Of a DNA stretch of 64,000 nucleotides, positions 1 through 10,700 are shown one piece after another. Every line of letters starts with the position of its first letter. The first letter of the stretch is position 1. Location: the NCBI GenBank assembly GCA_002633005.1, contig NMRA01000467.1:255081-319080 (forward strand), written 5' to 3'. The position numbers and the translations under genes are program-made. The notes beneath the pieces are model-generated. The model saw nothing but the letters and a program-made list of their open reading frames with translations. It was not told where the DNA came from and made no database searches. Source of the stretch: Phoronis australis. Taxonomy: Eukaryota > Animalia > Phoronida.

Positions 1-2099
1 GTCATTGATGTCATGTCTAGTCGGTCAAATTATCAGTCTTGACTCAGTTTCCAAGACCCGAGAGGTATATACCCGGGTAGTATAATACAGCCGCATGGGC
101 GCAAAACAAAACAAATGGAGGCGCCACACTGAGTAGTCGAAGTCGTCAAAATCGTCAAAGTCAACTCAGTCACGGTGTCCGCTGACACTCTCAGAACCGA
201 TTGCGCCAATCTAAATCCTAGTAGAATGGTTTCGTTGAGATGGACTCGAACATCAAAAAATGGCGGTGGTGGCGCACCTCGATTCCATCACTCATGTGAC
301 AAAACGGGAGGATAGTATCATTTCACCATAGATATATGGTGACTCATCCATTCGAAGGACCTTTGTAGGGTAAAAACTAAAAAATGCCATTTGAGGGGGC
401 ACATGCACCTGCACATCCGTCCGAAATTCATTTTCGTCAACATCACTGATATAAATACACTTGCTAAATTTCAAAGGGTCCTGCAAACCGTGTTTAGGAG
501 ATACAGCGGCCATGGGCGCAAAAAAATGTACACTAGTCAAAGTCGTCGAAAAATCATCATGAGCCATCTTCTTCATCATAGTAAAAACATATACCGGTAC
601 ATGCCAATTTTCAAAATCACTGAGCGGTTCGGATAGAGGTATGGACGCCAAAAACAGACTCGAAAACAGTAACAAGAGCAACACGGAGCGTTGAAATGAG
701 TCCACTCGGCATAAAAAGGTTTCGGAACCAGAAAACTTGTCAGCTTGTGGATACATGAAATGTAATGAGAGGATGGCCGGCGGAGCTGTGACCATTTTTC
801 CGTCGAGGTTGTCGAAAAGCTGGCAACTGAACTGAAGCAAAGTTCTGGCTGCGCAAATCGAGTTAGGCTGCGGGGCTGCGCTTCATTTTGCACGTGCTAC
901 GGATGCGAACAGCTCATGGACGGAGGACGGGAAAATTGGTTGCAACAGAGGATCTGTGTTTGCCGCGCTTTGAAATCATCACCACCCGGCTGCAGAGGTC
1001 ACGTACACCTCCGAAAACAGAAGGGTGAGTGGCTCAAGTTGCTGGACCCCGGCCACCGTGGTTGCCGGGGTAGAGGGGTACAGCAACTTGACCCAGTCAC
1101 GTGACGGACGAATGCCATTAGGGGCGAACTGATTTTGGGGTTTGACTGACCCTTGAGTGAACCACAGTTGTCAAAAGGTCTCGCATCACATAGGCAGATT
1201 TAGGGGGGCCAGGGGACCGCTCCCCCCTTGGGTGCCCCAAAAAATAAACTAAAGCAAGAATGTGAACAAATATTGAATTCATTAATTAACCCCACCAATT
1301 AAAATGCGGCTGAGGGGGGAGCTCAGACCCGATTGCAAGTGTCCGACTAGCTGCGCAATCGTTTTCCCGTTTTTTTTTTTTTTTTTAGTCCGACGTTGAA
1401 GGTCCAGCAACTTTCAGGCTGGGTGCGCGCATGCAATCGTGCAATTGCCAGAGACAAAATGTTGCTCCCCCCCTTATGATATCCTAGATCCGCCACCACC
1501 TCAGCAGCCGCTAGCGCAACTTTTAAAACATTTTGCCATGTGACAAAGGACGCTGATTACGCGGGTACAACACGAGACCCGGCGTCGACCGGAAACCTTG
1601 AAAAGTGGAAAAAGTAATCTTTTTTCTTTTTTTTACGTTTGATACATTTATTACAAAAGACAAGTACATATACAAATACACACAACACAAAACAACAACG
1701 TACAGGACTGTGCAAAAAAGCGAGAAAGCATTTCTTTAATCATTGTTTTTAAGTTACAAAGTGCTACTTAAATTTCTGTTCTGGCATTTGGTCAGCTGTC
1801 TGGCTACCTTCATGTTTCAAAAACACATTTGCAATCTTCTCATTTGTTTGTATCATTAAATTTTCGTGTGCTTAACGAAGCACTAATATTAAAAGACTCC
1901 CTCAAAAATTACGAGATGACACTGATATTCTGCGCTAACGCATTAAATACAAAACAAACTATTTGACGCCGCCTAAAATATCAACCCAATTCCGCACAAT
2001 ATGACGACTAACTAAACTAAGTAACCATACGCCGTCATTTTACTTACATATTCAAAACCCATTCCGGCGTTGGCGTCTGTGATTGACTCTTCCAAAGAC

Positions 2100-2378
2100 C
2101 TTCCACGAACTCATTAACTTGTTCCATTTTCTTCATTTCTTGTTAAGAGCCATCCTTCTTCTTGATGAAGATCTTCCCATCTCTCACATATACGACTTGA
2201 TGTCCCTGTTTCACTAGTCCGTGACATTCTGAAAAAATAGCAGCTTTCCTCTTTGTGAGATTTTCATTCAATGATATGTATTTTTCGCACCGAGGCATGC
2301 CTTTGGTCCACTTGTGTAACCGCAAGTGTCGATCTTTTGTTCAGAAATTCTGTTCGTTTACGATAACTAATAAAACGA
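2100..2378 (-). mobile_element. C-terminal fragment of a CR1/L2-type LINE ORF1 (decayed)
   Basis: Minus-strand translation RFISYRKRTEFLNKRSTL ... YISLNENLTKRKAAIF...VVYVRDGKIFIKKKDG matches the typical ORF1 C-terminal pattern (KF.SYR.R / I.ENLT / W.RDGKIF.K). Confidence 0.65.
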
Positions 2379-3120
2379 TGAATGTTTTCAGTCATCCAGT
2401 TGGGTCAGTATAAGAAACAATAAATAAATCTACTACAGGACTTACGGTATGTAGAGATGGCTACGTTGCGTCCTCCTCTCGAGGACTTCATCAGGCCACT
2501 GAGTTGTCACGTGACTTGTCATGTGATCCGTCGTACAGTTTCCGCGGGATTCTCTTCAGCGCCCTCATGATCCCATGTCCTAGGTAAGTGAAACCGCAGC
2601 CCCCCCTGTCTATTGAGGCTAGGATTCTCGATTCTCTCGTAGATAGCTTCTTTGACCCCTCTCCGAAACCAATTCTCTTCTCTATCCAGGATCTTCACAT
2701 CTTCCATGGCGAAAGAGTGGTCTGTGGAAGCCATGTGACTAAAAACTGCAGAATCATAGCAGTCCCCATAACTGGACCTCCGATGCTGGTTGAAACGACT
2801 TTTCAGGGCTTGTTTGGTTTCCCCAATATATGCTGCTCCACACCCCAGTTCCGAGCATGAAATGCCATACACCACATTTGATGTTTTCTCTTTGCTGGTT
2901 TTGTCTTTCACATTTAACAATTGACTCCTTATGGTGTTAACAGGTTTGAATACAACAGCAATCCCTTGTCCCCTCATATGTGATTTGATCTGATCAGCGA
3001 TCCCTGGCACAAAAGGCAATGTTACCCTGATGTTTCCCCTATTGTCCGGCTGCGTGTTCTGAGGCCTGACTCTGTGCTGAAAAGATGTGGCTACCCGAAG
3101 TGGTCATTCCACAAGGCAAA
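2378..3120 (-). mobile_element. Penelope-like retroelement 3' fragment (GIY-YIG endonuclease + pLTR), with a short inverted 5' piece
   Basis: ORF 2519-3019 has VVYGISC..CGAAYIGETKQALKSRFNQH...WFRRGVKEAIY..NPSLNRQGG (Penelope GIY-YIG). 3077-3120 on + reads LKRCGYPKWSFHKA, the Penelope RT-EN linker in inverted orientation. The minus-strand 3' end reads CTGGATGACTGAAAACATTCA. Confidence 0.85.
2461..2497 (-). ncRNA. Minimal hammerhead-ribozyme-like motif in the Penelope pLTR (core variant GCAA instead of GAAA)
   Basis: Minus strand: CTGATGA-A-GTCCTC-GAGAG-GAGGAC-GCAAC-GTAG, i.e. a CUGAUGA box, a 6-bp stem II and a GAAA box with one substitution, immediately downstream of the GIY-YIG ORF. Confidence 0.6.
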
Positions 3121-4775
3121 CCATGTCTTATTTGCTGCATGTTGTATCCGGTTTCACGGAGTTCGGCTTCCATTGTCCTTCCTCCGTTTGGACTGGTCTG
3201 CCTCGTCGACGACTTCCCTGCGGGTTCCAGGACAGGGCTTGTTTTGTGATGCTTTTGTCAGCTTTTCTGAGGGTGTGTCCCACCCACCTCCATTTTCGCC
3301 GCTTTATCTGAGTCTCTACCCTCTCATGCCCAGTTTTTCGCCAAATCTCTTCAGTTGTGATTGTATCCTACCATTTAATCTGCAGGATTTGTCTCAGGCA
3401 TCTACTTACAAAGACCTGGAGTCTATTAACCAATGTTTTTTGTAATTCTCCACGTCTCTGAACCGTAAAGAAGAACAGACATCACATTAAGGTTGAAGAT
3501 TCTTAACTTTGACTTGAGTGAGTAGATCTTTGAGCGCCATACAGGTTTTAGCATAGCGTGTGCCTGACTTGCTTTGATGCGGGTTTTAATGTCCTCTTCA
3601 GTTCCCCCCACTTGTGCTAACGACACTCCCCAGACAAGTAAATTCTGAGACATTTTCAATCTCTTCACCGTCCAGAATAACATTGTTTACTTGTCTGCTA
3701 TGTATACACATCGTCTTAGTCTTCTCGGTGTTGATGAATAGACCTACTTGTTTAGCAGTCTCTGACAGTGCGGCTGTCCTTGTGCACAAGTCTTGGAAGC
3801 GGTGCGACAGAAGACCTAAGTCATCTGCATACTCCAGGTCATCTAATCTTTTCGTAAATGTCCACTGGATTCCTGCTGGCTGGCCCGAAAAAGCAACTCT
3901 GGTAACCCAATCCAGTACTACCGGGAACAGCAAAGGAGAGAGAAGGCACCCTTGCCTGACTCCTGAATTAATAGGGAACGGTTGAGTCAGCTGTCCTTCA
4001 TGCAACTCCTGACATGTAAAGTCTTCATGAAGTTTTGTAACTAGCCTGACAATTTTCGCAGGTATACCACTGTGTCTCAGAATTTTTCAGGTAGCGTTTC
4101 GATCAATACTATTAAAAGCCTTACTAAAGTCTATAAAATTCATGTAGAGGGAGGAATGCCACTCAAGTGATTGTTCGATTATGATTCTTAGAGTTGCAAT
4201 CTGGTCTGTACATGAGCACTCTTGACGAAATCCTGCCTGTTCATCCCGAAGTCTGGTGTCTACGGCGTCCTTCATTCTGGTTAACAGGATCCTAGTGAAG
4301 ATTTTGTTAGGAATAGAGAGGAGAGTGATACCTTGCAAATTCTTAGTGTATGAAAGGTTTCCTTTCTTTGACAACAGTCCTCGGGTAGGGTTTCATCACT
4401 CCATATCTTGTTCAGAAGGTCGTGTAGGATGGTGACTGATAGGGGTCCTCCATCGCGAATAGCTTCTGGTGGCATGTTGTCCAGGCCCGGTGCCTTTCCA
4501 GTTTTCATAAATTTAATGGCGCTTTGTATTTCAGCTCTACTGATCTTGGCGGTCGATATGTCTAAATTGTCCATTGCTGCTTCTTGGGGGGTCGAAGGGC
4601 GCGGGATTGTTCAATACACTGGAAAAATGATCTCTCCAAAGTTCCAACTGTCTCTCAAGATCAGTGATAAGCTTTCCATCTTCATCCTTGAGTGGCTTAG
4701 CTATGTTGAAACGTCTCCCGCTAAGCAACTTGGTTGTTGAATAAAGGGTCTTGATGTCCCCTTCTGCTGTAGCCT
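3120..4775 (-). mobile_element. RTE-clade LINE, reverse transcriptase region, frameshifted
   Basis: Fragments in several frames: KAPGLDNMPPEAI, QAGFRQECSCTDQIATLRIIIEQSLEW..FIDFSKAF, GVRQGCLLSPLLF, LEYADDLGLLS, SVLLYGSETW, QALSWNPQGSRRRGRP. Confidence 0.9.
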
Positions 4776-5060
4776 CTAGCTCAGTGTTCTCCACCTTGTT
4801 TTCCTGTACACCGTGTATTATCAGGCAGTTTCGTCTGGAATATTGCTCGCTGTCGTCTAAACGCTCCTCCAGTTCGCTCACATGTCTATTTAGACTGTCA
4901 GTTTCGTCCTGTTGTTTTTGTAACATATCCTTGAACCTTTCGGTTAAGTGAAAACAGGCTTCACTGAGAGTACGTTCGAACATTTATATGAACATTCCTA
5001 ATATTTCCGAGTCCTGGAGTGCAGATTTCATGCTTTGAATGAAGGTGTTCGCTTCCATGG
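4775..5060 (-). mobile_element. N-terminal/coiled-coil fragment of a CR1/L2-type LINE ORF1
   Basis: LEERLDDSEQYSRRNCLIIHGVQENKVENTE is the classic ORF1 LEQYSRRN.L.I.GV.E motif. It is fused in frame to RTE sequence at about 4775. Confidence 0.75.
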
Positions 5061-6036
5061 TTAGGCTTTAGGGCTGATATTTTCGCAGGCTATGTTCCCG
5101 AATTCTAGATTACACCCGCCATGTTTCGAAGCAATGCGTTCGATACTGTCTCAATAATTAAGTTGGACAATTTTCATGCTTTCCACTGTCTTTAGGTTAA
5201 AATGAAAGAAACATAGGTACAACAGCGGTCACAGGAAAAGGAAAAAGACGACAATTTTAAGAGGACTTGAAAAATTCCCAAACTAAATAATTTAATTTCA
5301 CAAGCTACGGAAAAGTAACCAGTATCTTAAAAACATGCAGTGCGCACTGTGGGCAGAATTGAGTACTTCCAGCAACTTTGTAGAGTGACACATCCAACAT
5401 CCGCATAGGTAAATTGCAGCATTTCCATGTAACGTGAAGCAGAAAATCCTGACTGTGCTGTATGTGATATCAAGGATTTATTGTATCAAATATTCTGCAA
5501 AGATGGAATTAAGTTAGCGTTCCCAAACGTGGAATCTGTGCAGAAAATGTTTTAGAGGCGCATGGTCATTAATTAAGAGGAGCCCGAAAGCAGCATTCGC
5601 TTGATGCCAACTCAAGAGCTGTTGAACAGAAATCCAATTACTAGATACTGTAGTGGTTCATTTATTTAAAAACAAGAAGAAGTCCTCGTGTCAGGCCCTC
5701 TGATTGTTTGATTAGGTGAAGTTTATTAATATATTTTAGTTGTTTGACATTGCATGGGATCGAAATTCCCGCGCTTCAACCGTCGCCGCCCGACTGATTT
5801 CGCAGTGGGAAGTGCAACATGACGTCCTTCATCCATGAATATCTTAAGAGGTTTAACTTTTCCCGTGAACCAGTAGTACACTATACAGTACAGCAGCGTA
5901 AATTTGTCGGCAGGAGAGGTGTTAAAACGCTTTATACCAGTAAGTTGTAACCTCCCATCCGCGGCATTACAAGGGACCTGTAGGTGCCGCTGAACGCCTG
6001 TCCAATCCAGACCTGACCAGGATAGCGAATTCCAAT

Positions 6037-6815
6037 ATAGTCAGGTTCACTGTGTCCAAATTTTGACATTTGTTGTAATTTTTTGGAGAACGTCGAAACT
6101 ATAAATTTTCGGAAACCTTTTGGAATGACACCCAGAAAATAATTGATTCCATTTTTGGCGGCCATCTTGGCAGCCATCTTGAATTCTTTTAACTATTCTG
6201 GGGGCTCGTAGCTGCCATTAAAAATACCTTAAATTTATATGTATCATTTTAGAAATAACGTTTTTCAATTCCTTGGCCCTCAAAATGTAGGTGCAGCCAT
6301 TAAAACTAACATTCTAAATGACAAGAGCAAAGATACTGAACAAAATGTATTTTACCGGCGCTATTTTTGAAATTCCAAGATGGCCGGCGAGATGGCTGCC
6401 CATGAAATTAAAATTCCATTTCCTTGACCTCAGAACTGCAGGTGTAGCCATTAAAACCAACATTCTAAGTGACCCATAAGCGGAGATATTGGGCAAAATC
6501 CATTTTACCGGTGCCATTTCTGAAATTCCAAGATGGCCACCAAGATGGCCGCCAAAAAATGGAATCAATTATTTTCTGATTCGTTATTTCATGAGGTTTC
6601 CAAAAATTTGTAGTTTCCGCTTTCCCCAAAAAATTCCAACAAAATTACACAACAAGCAATGTTTATAGACGATGCATAGGGGAATTCAGGGCGGTCAAGG
6701 GGTCCGGACTACACTTTTTTCTCTTGATTTTAGTAATTTCAAATCTAAAATTTTCAAATTGTTGACTTGGACCACCTTTTATATTTATCTGGTCCGAACA
6801 AGTGAACCACAGTAA
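6037..6815. mobile_element. Non-autonomous TIR element with long imperfect inverted arms and repeated CAAGATGGC(G/C)GCC motifs
   Basis: About 6060-6185 is the inverted complement of about 6520-6645 (e.g. ttgattccatttttggcggccatcttgg vs ccaagatggccgccaaaaaatggaatcaa). The outer ends ggttcactgtg and aagtgaacc are also inverted. Superfamily uncertain. Confidence 0.55.
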
Positions 6816-7386
6816 GGCTCCTTACTCTTCGTTCCGTTAAAATGATCCAAACGTTTTTATAAACATCAAACCTCAACTCGCAGCAGCATAACCAAACTTA
6901 ACTTACAGAACAGTCTAAAACAACGAATAATGTCTTGCAACTATAAAAAGACACGCATTTCCATTCAGTAACTTCATTAATTTTAGTAATTTTACAACCA
7001 TAGGCGTTTGTTTTAGTTAAAATAATTGCGAAGCTAGACGTACGTACGTACATAAATGTGCTAACATTCAATTAATCAGATAAAGAAATATCTAAAATAT
7101 TGACCTCACCATAATTTGATTACAACAATTTACTAATAATGCGTTTCCCAATGCTTAATAATGTAAAGCTAAAAGCTAATTCTCTTCAACAAGTCAATTG
7201 CACAGTCCACCTCAAAGCTGGCGAATGAATTTCGTAGGTGTATACCTGCTGCAAAGTGAACACTCAGTCTGTTCACCTCAAACATGCATATTGTCAAAGG
7301 AACACTTCAAAATCCCAGTTTACCAAGTGTGCCCCTTGAATCCTTTTCACGTCAGTAACCTATACGGTTCCTTCCAAGGCGGTTGA

Positions 7387-7721
7387 CTACAGTCCCAGAA
7401 ACGTACGTGTTCTCTTGGTACGGTCGAAGTACCGTCTATCGAGGTTGACATTGTGCAGGAAATCTGGAAACTCTTCAAACAGCTCGTTGCAAGCCACGTC
7501 AGGGTGAGTCAACAGGTATGAGATGGCGCCACTGGTACCCTGGGTGGTCATTCCGGTGCCGCCATGACCTTCGCTGGTGATGAAATTTGGCGCCAAGCGA
7601 TAGAAGAGCGTAAAGTTACGATAGTTGATGGAGCGCGGGCAAGGTTTGAAGGATACTACTCCTTGAATACGATCTCCAAACAGCCTTCGACAGAGAGCCA
7701 TGATGTAAAGCAGATAAGTTC
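7387..7721 (-). CDS. Copy A exon 7 (terminal): GTYLLYIMALCRRLFG...CPRS...EGHGGTGMTTQGTSG...RTFLGL*
   Basis: Acceptor ttccag|GA at 7721 (phase 1) and TAG stop at 7387-7389. DAO-family GHGGxGxT motif at 7546-7569. Confidence 0.9.
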
Positions 7722-10700
7722 CTGGAATTGGAAAGACCGTGGCAATCAGGTAATCATCTTCTCATACGAAATCCGAGACAACCGGAAGAGTATGAATCGC
7801 TCTATGCAGTAATTTTAACTTGCAGGCGTAATCGTAAATATGAGTCACTGCAACACTTTACAGCCCACCTTTATGTAAATAAGTACTCTAGTGACCCAAA
7901 ACTCATCAACACCCAAGAGCACCGGATCACGAATCCTCATATGTACCGTTTTCATTGTCTGAATCAACTGGCTCCGCCCAAAGGCTTACAATTTGCTGTC
8001 ATCAAAATGTTTCCAACACAAAAAGAAAATGTCGAATTATGCCGTGACGGTAGAAAATTGTGGCGAGAAGGGTGTTAGCGAACATTTTAAGACTCAAAGT
8101 GTCGTTGAGTCAATGCATGTTTAGGCTTGGATAAGTTTCGGAGTTCAAAAGTGTATCGACTCCCTGTAGTATTTCAGGAGAGATCGTGTATTTCTATGGA
8201 ATTCCAAGGCTGTCACTTGTTAACTTGTAGCCTTCATTTTGGCGTATTTTTGCAATGCCTCGTTTTTGAAACTTTCAAAGTAAGACTGATTACGTGGGCC
8301 TAATAAATTCACCTGGGAGAACAAAATAATTCATTTTGAGAACATGGAGCGGTACGGTCGGGGATATCTAACGTTGTCGTATGAGGCTTCGATGTTCTGC
8401 AGAGACCAGTGGCCGGTTGCATGAAACAGTCCCAAATAGGGACTCAACCAAGGCCCCTAAGTCCTTTTGCGTATTTGTGTCTTTATGGAGTCACAGATGC
8501 AATATTTTTCTATCATTTCATCTTTATTATGAGCTCATCTTTGATTAATGACATTTTCTAATAATATAATTAAAATCTGAGCCCAGAGTTCATTGAAAAT
8601 CAATAGTGACTCAGTACTTAAATTGGGGTTGTTGCATGAAAAGATCCCTAATTATTTTCGATAATGTTGACAATTCAACGTAGAGTTCACTCTCGATTTG
8701 TATCAAAGTCAAAAGTTGACTTGGTAATGAAACTAAAACAACAAAAGAAAGGGCAATCGTTGTTTCCACAAGTCCAAAAATGCGCTGTAGATTTAGGGAA
8801 TTTAGTGAGTCCCTATTTGGGACTGTTTCATGCAACTGGGCACAGTAGGCTACGGATGCACCTAAGTATCTTGTAGCAATCTCGGGCTGTCAGCAATTAC
8901 CTGGCACCCCTCGACTGGCGATGTTCCCTCCAAGCGCAACCTTGACTAGACTGACGTCATCCTTCTCGGAATATGCTATGGGCGTAATGTGAGTAATATG
9001 GTACTCTAACGTTGGAATTCGTCCTTTCAAGAGAATGTACCCCGACACTCCTGGCGCAGTGACGATGTGGTCTGTGGCCTTTCTGGAGCCGAAAAGCTGG
9101 AAATTGAATGTCTGTCGGTTACCTTAGGGAAACAAATCTGGTAAAGCTAGTTGAATACTTGCACTGTTATATCCTGCACTATCACGGAATTAATTTAAAG
9201 TATACATGTAGGTCTAAGGGGAACTCGCAGTTCATGCAGTAGCTGGTTCTATGCCTAAAAGCTACATGTAGATGTCGGGTAAACTCGAGCTCAGTAGGAC
9301 CGTCTCGGATTACACGGCGATAGAGGTCTCCCGTTTTGTCCCGGAGATAACAAAGCGTGTGACCTAGTTTTGGAAAACAGGCACATTGATGTCGGGAAGG
9401 GGGAGAATTTTAGATCAGGCATCCATGGGTATTTATTAAGTTTCTCAAACGTTTTCATGCCGGAGTTGCAGCCGACAGGACAGCCAAGTAGTACTTCGTT
9501 GGCATTGCCGGGAAGAACGAATGGATCGAGTAATACAACAGAGACAAACTTGAAAAGAATAAGGCTGCAACAAATAACATGTTAAACTCCAGTGGCACGA
9601 AAACGAGGCATCAAATGTGCCTGTCGGACGTTTACAGCATTGTGGGTAAAAACAGTGAGATTCGAGTGTTACTGTGCCGGGGACGGACCTATTCATTGGT
9701 CTCTTTATTTTTATTTCTACCCTTAGGGTTTATTTTGTATAACTTATCGATCTATTTATAGCCTCAAGGGTCTACTTTTGTATTCATGCATTCTACTCAA
9801 CACCTGATTGGTCACTCATATTTCCTTTGTTCAGTTCAACGTGGTCTAGCTCATTCAGCCACCATCTCGTCGTCTACAAGACCTACGTTTGTACTCTGGC
9901 TTATAGGACAAGTACAATAATTCATTAAAAACAGTTACTAAGTAACAAACGATGTTTAATGTATTCTATACATTTTTAATTCGACATAGCGACACCTTTC
10001 ACTTCGTGTGAGGTTCCAGATAAGGGAGTCAATTGTCAGGCAAATGACAGCACTGGCGGCCAGAAGGTAGCCAGACTCGAGACAATTTTAGGTAAATTTT
10101 AAGGCACATATTATGCGAAGGCCTTTTTAGGGGTCATCAACGCTGATTGTGGACAAAATTTGGCAACCACTGCGGTCAGGCAGTCACGTGAGATCTTTAT
10201 ATCACGAATGCTCACATACAATCTCTACTTTCAACATTTATTTTACGCAAACACCAGGCCCAGATGTTGGCTTTGAGTCCGTCGGGCAAAAACAACTCGA
10301 AAGGGACCGCGCGGACATCCACCCCCACCCGACGTCTCCTTCCCTTTCGCGCTGGGTTCTCTGCGAACGCAAACCTCCGGCGTGCCTTTTTCTTTGTCTT
10401 ACCCTAGTCGTGACTTCAGTATGTAGATGTCGATCCGGCGAATTCCGCTTACCATTGACGCCTAACAGGTTATCTGCTCAATATTCGACATCAAGACAAA
10501 TGAAACGATGTAAACGTTGATTGATTTTCCAAATTCGAGTGAAACAAATGCGCGGCCTCGGCATTTTACGCGCACCCGTTCGCTGCCCCATATTGTGCTG
10601 CAATAGCGTCTATTCACATTCTGCGAAACCACAACAACTGGGCTGTGCGAGTTCCTCGCTCTTCCCGTTAAAAGCATTTTTATACTAGAGGTAAGTGGCT

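Noticed and set aside
292-893. 182-aa and 105-aa minus-strand ORFs
   Set aside because: No recognisable domain. They overlap internally repeated sequence (catgggcgcaaaa, agtcgtc(a/g)aaaatc), which suggests a non-coding TE interior.
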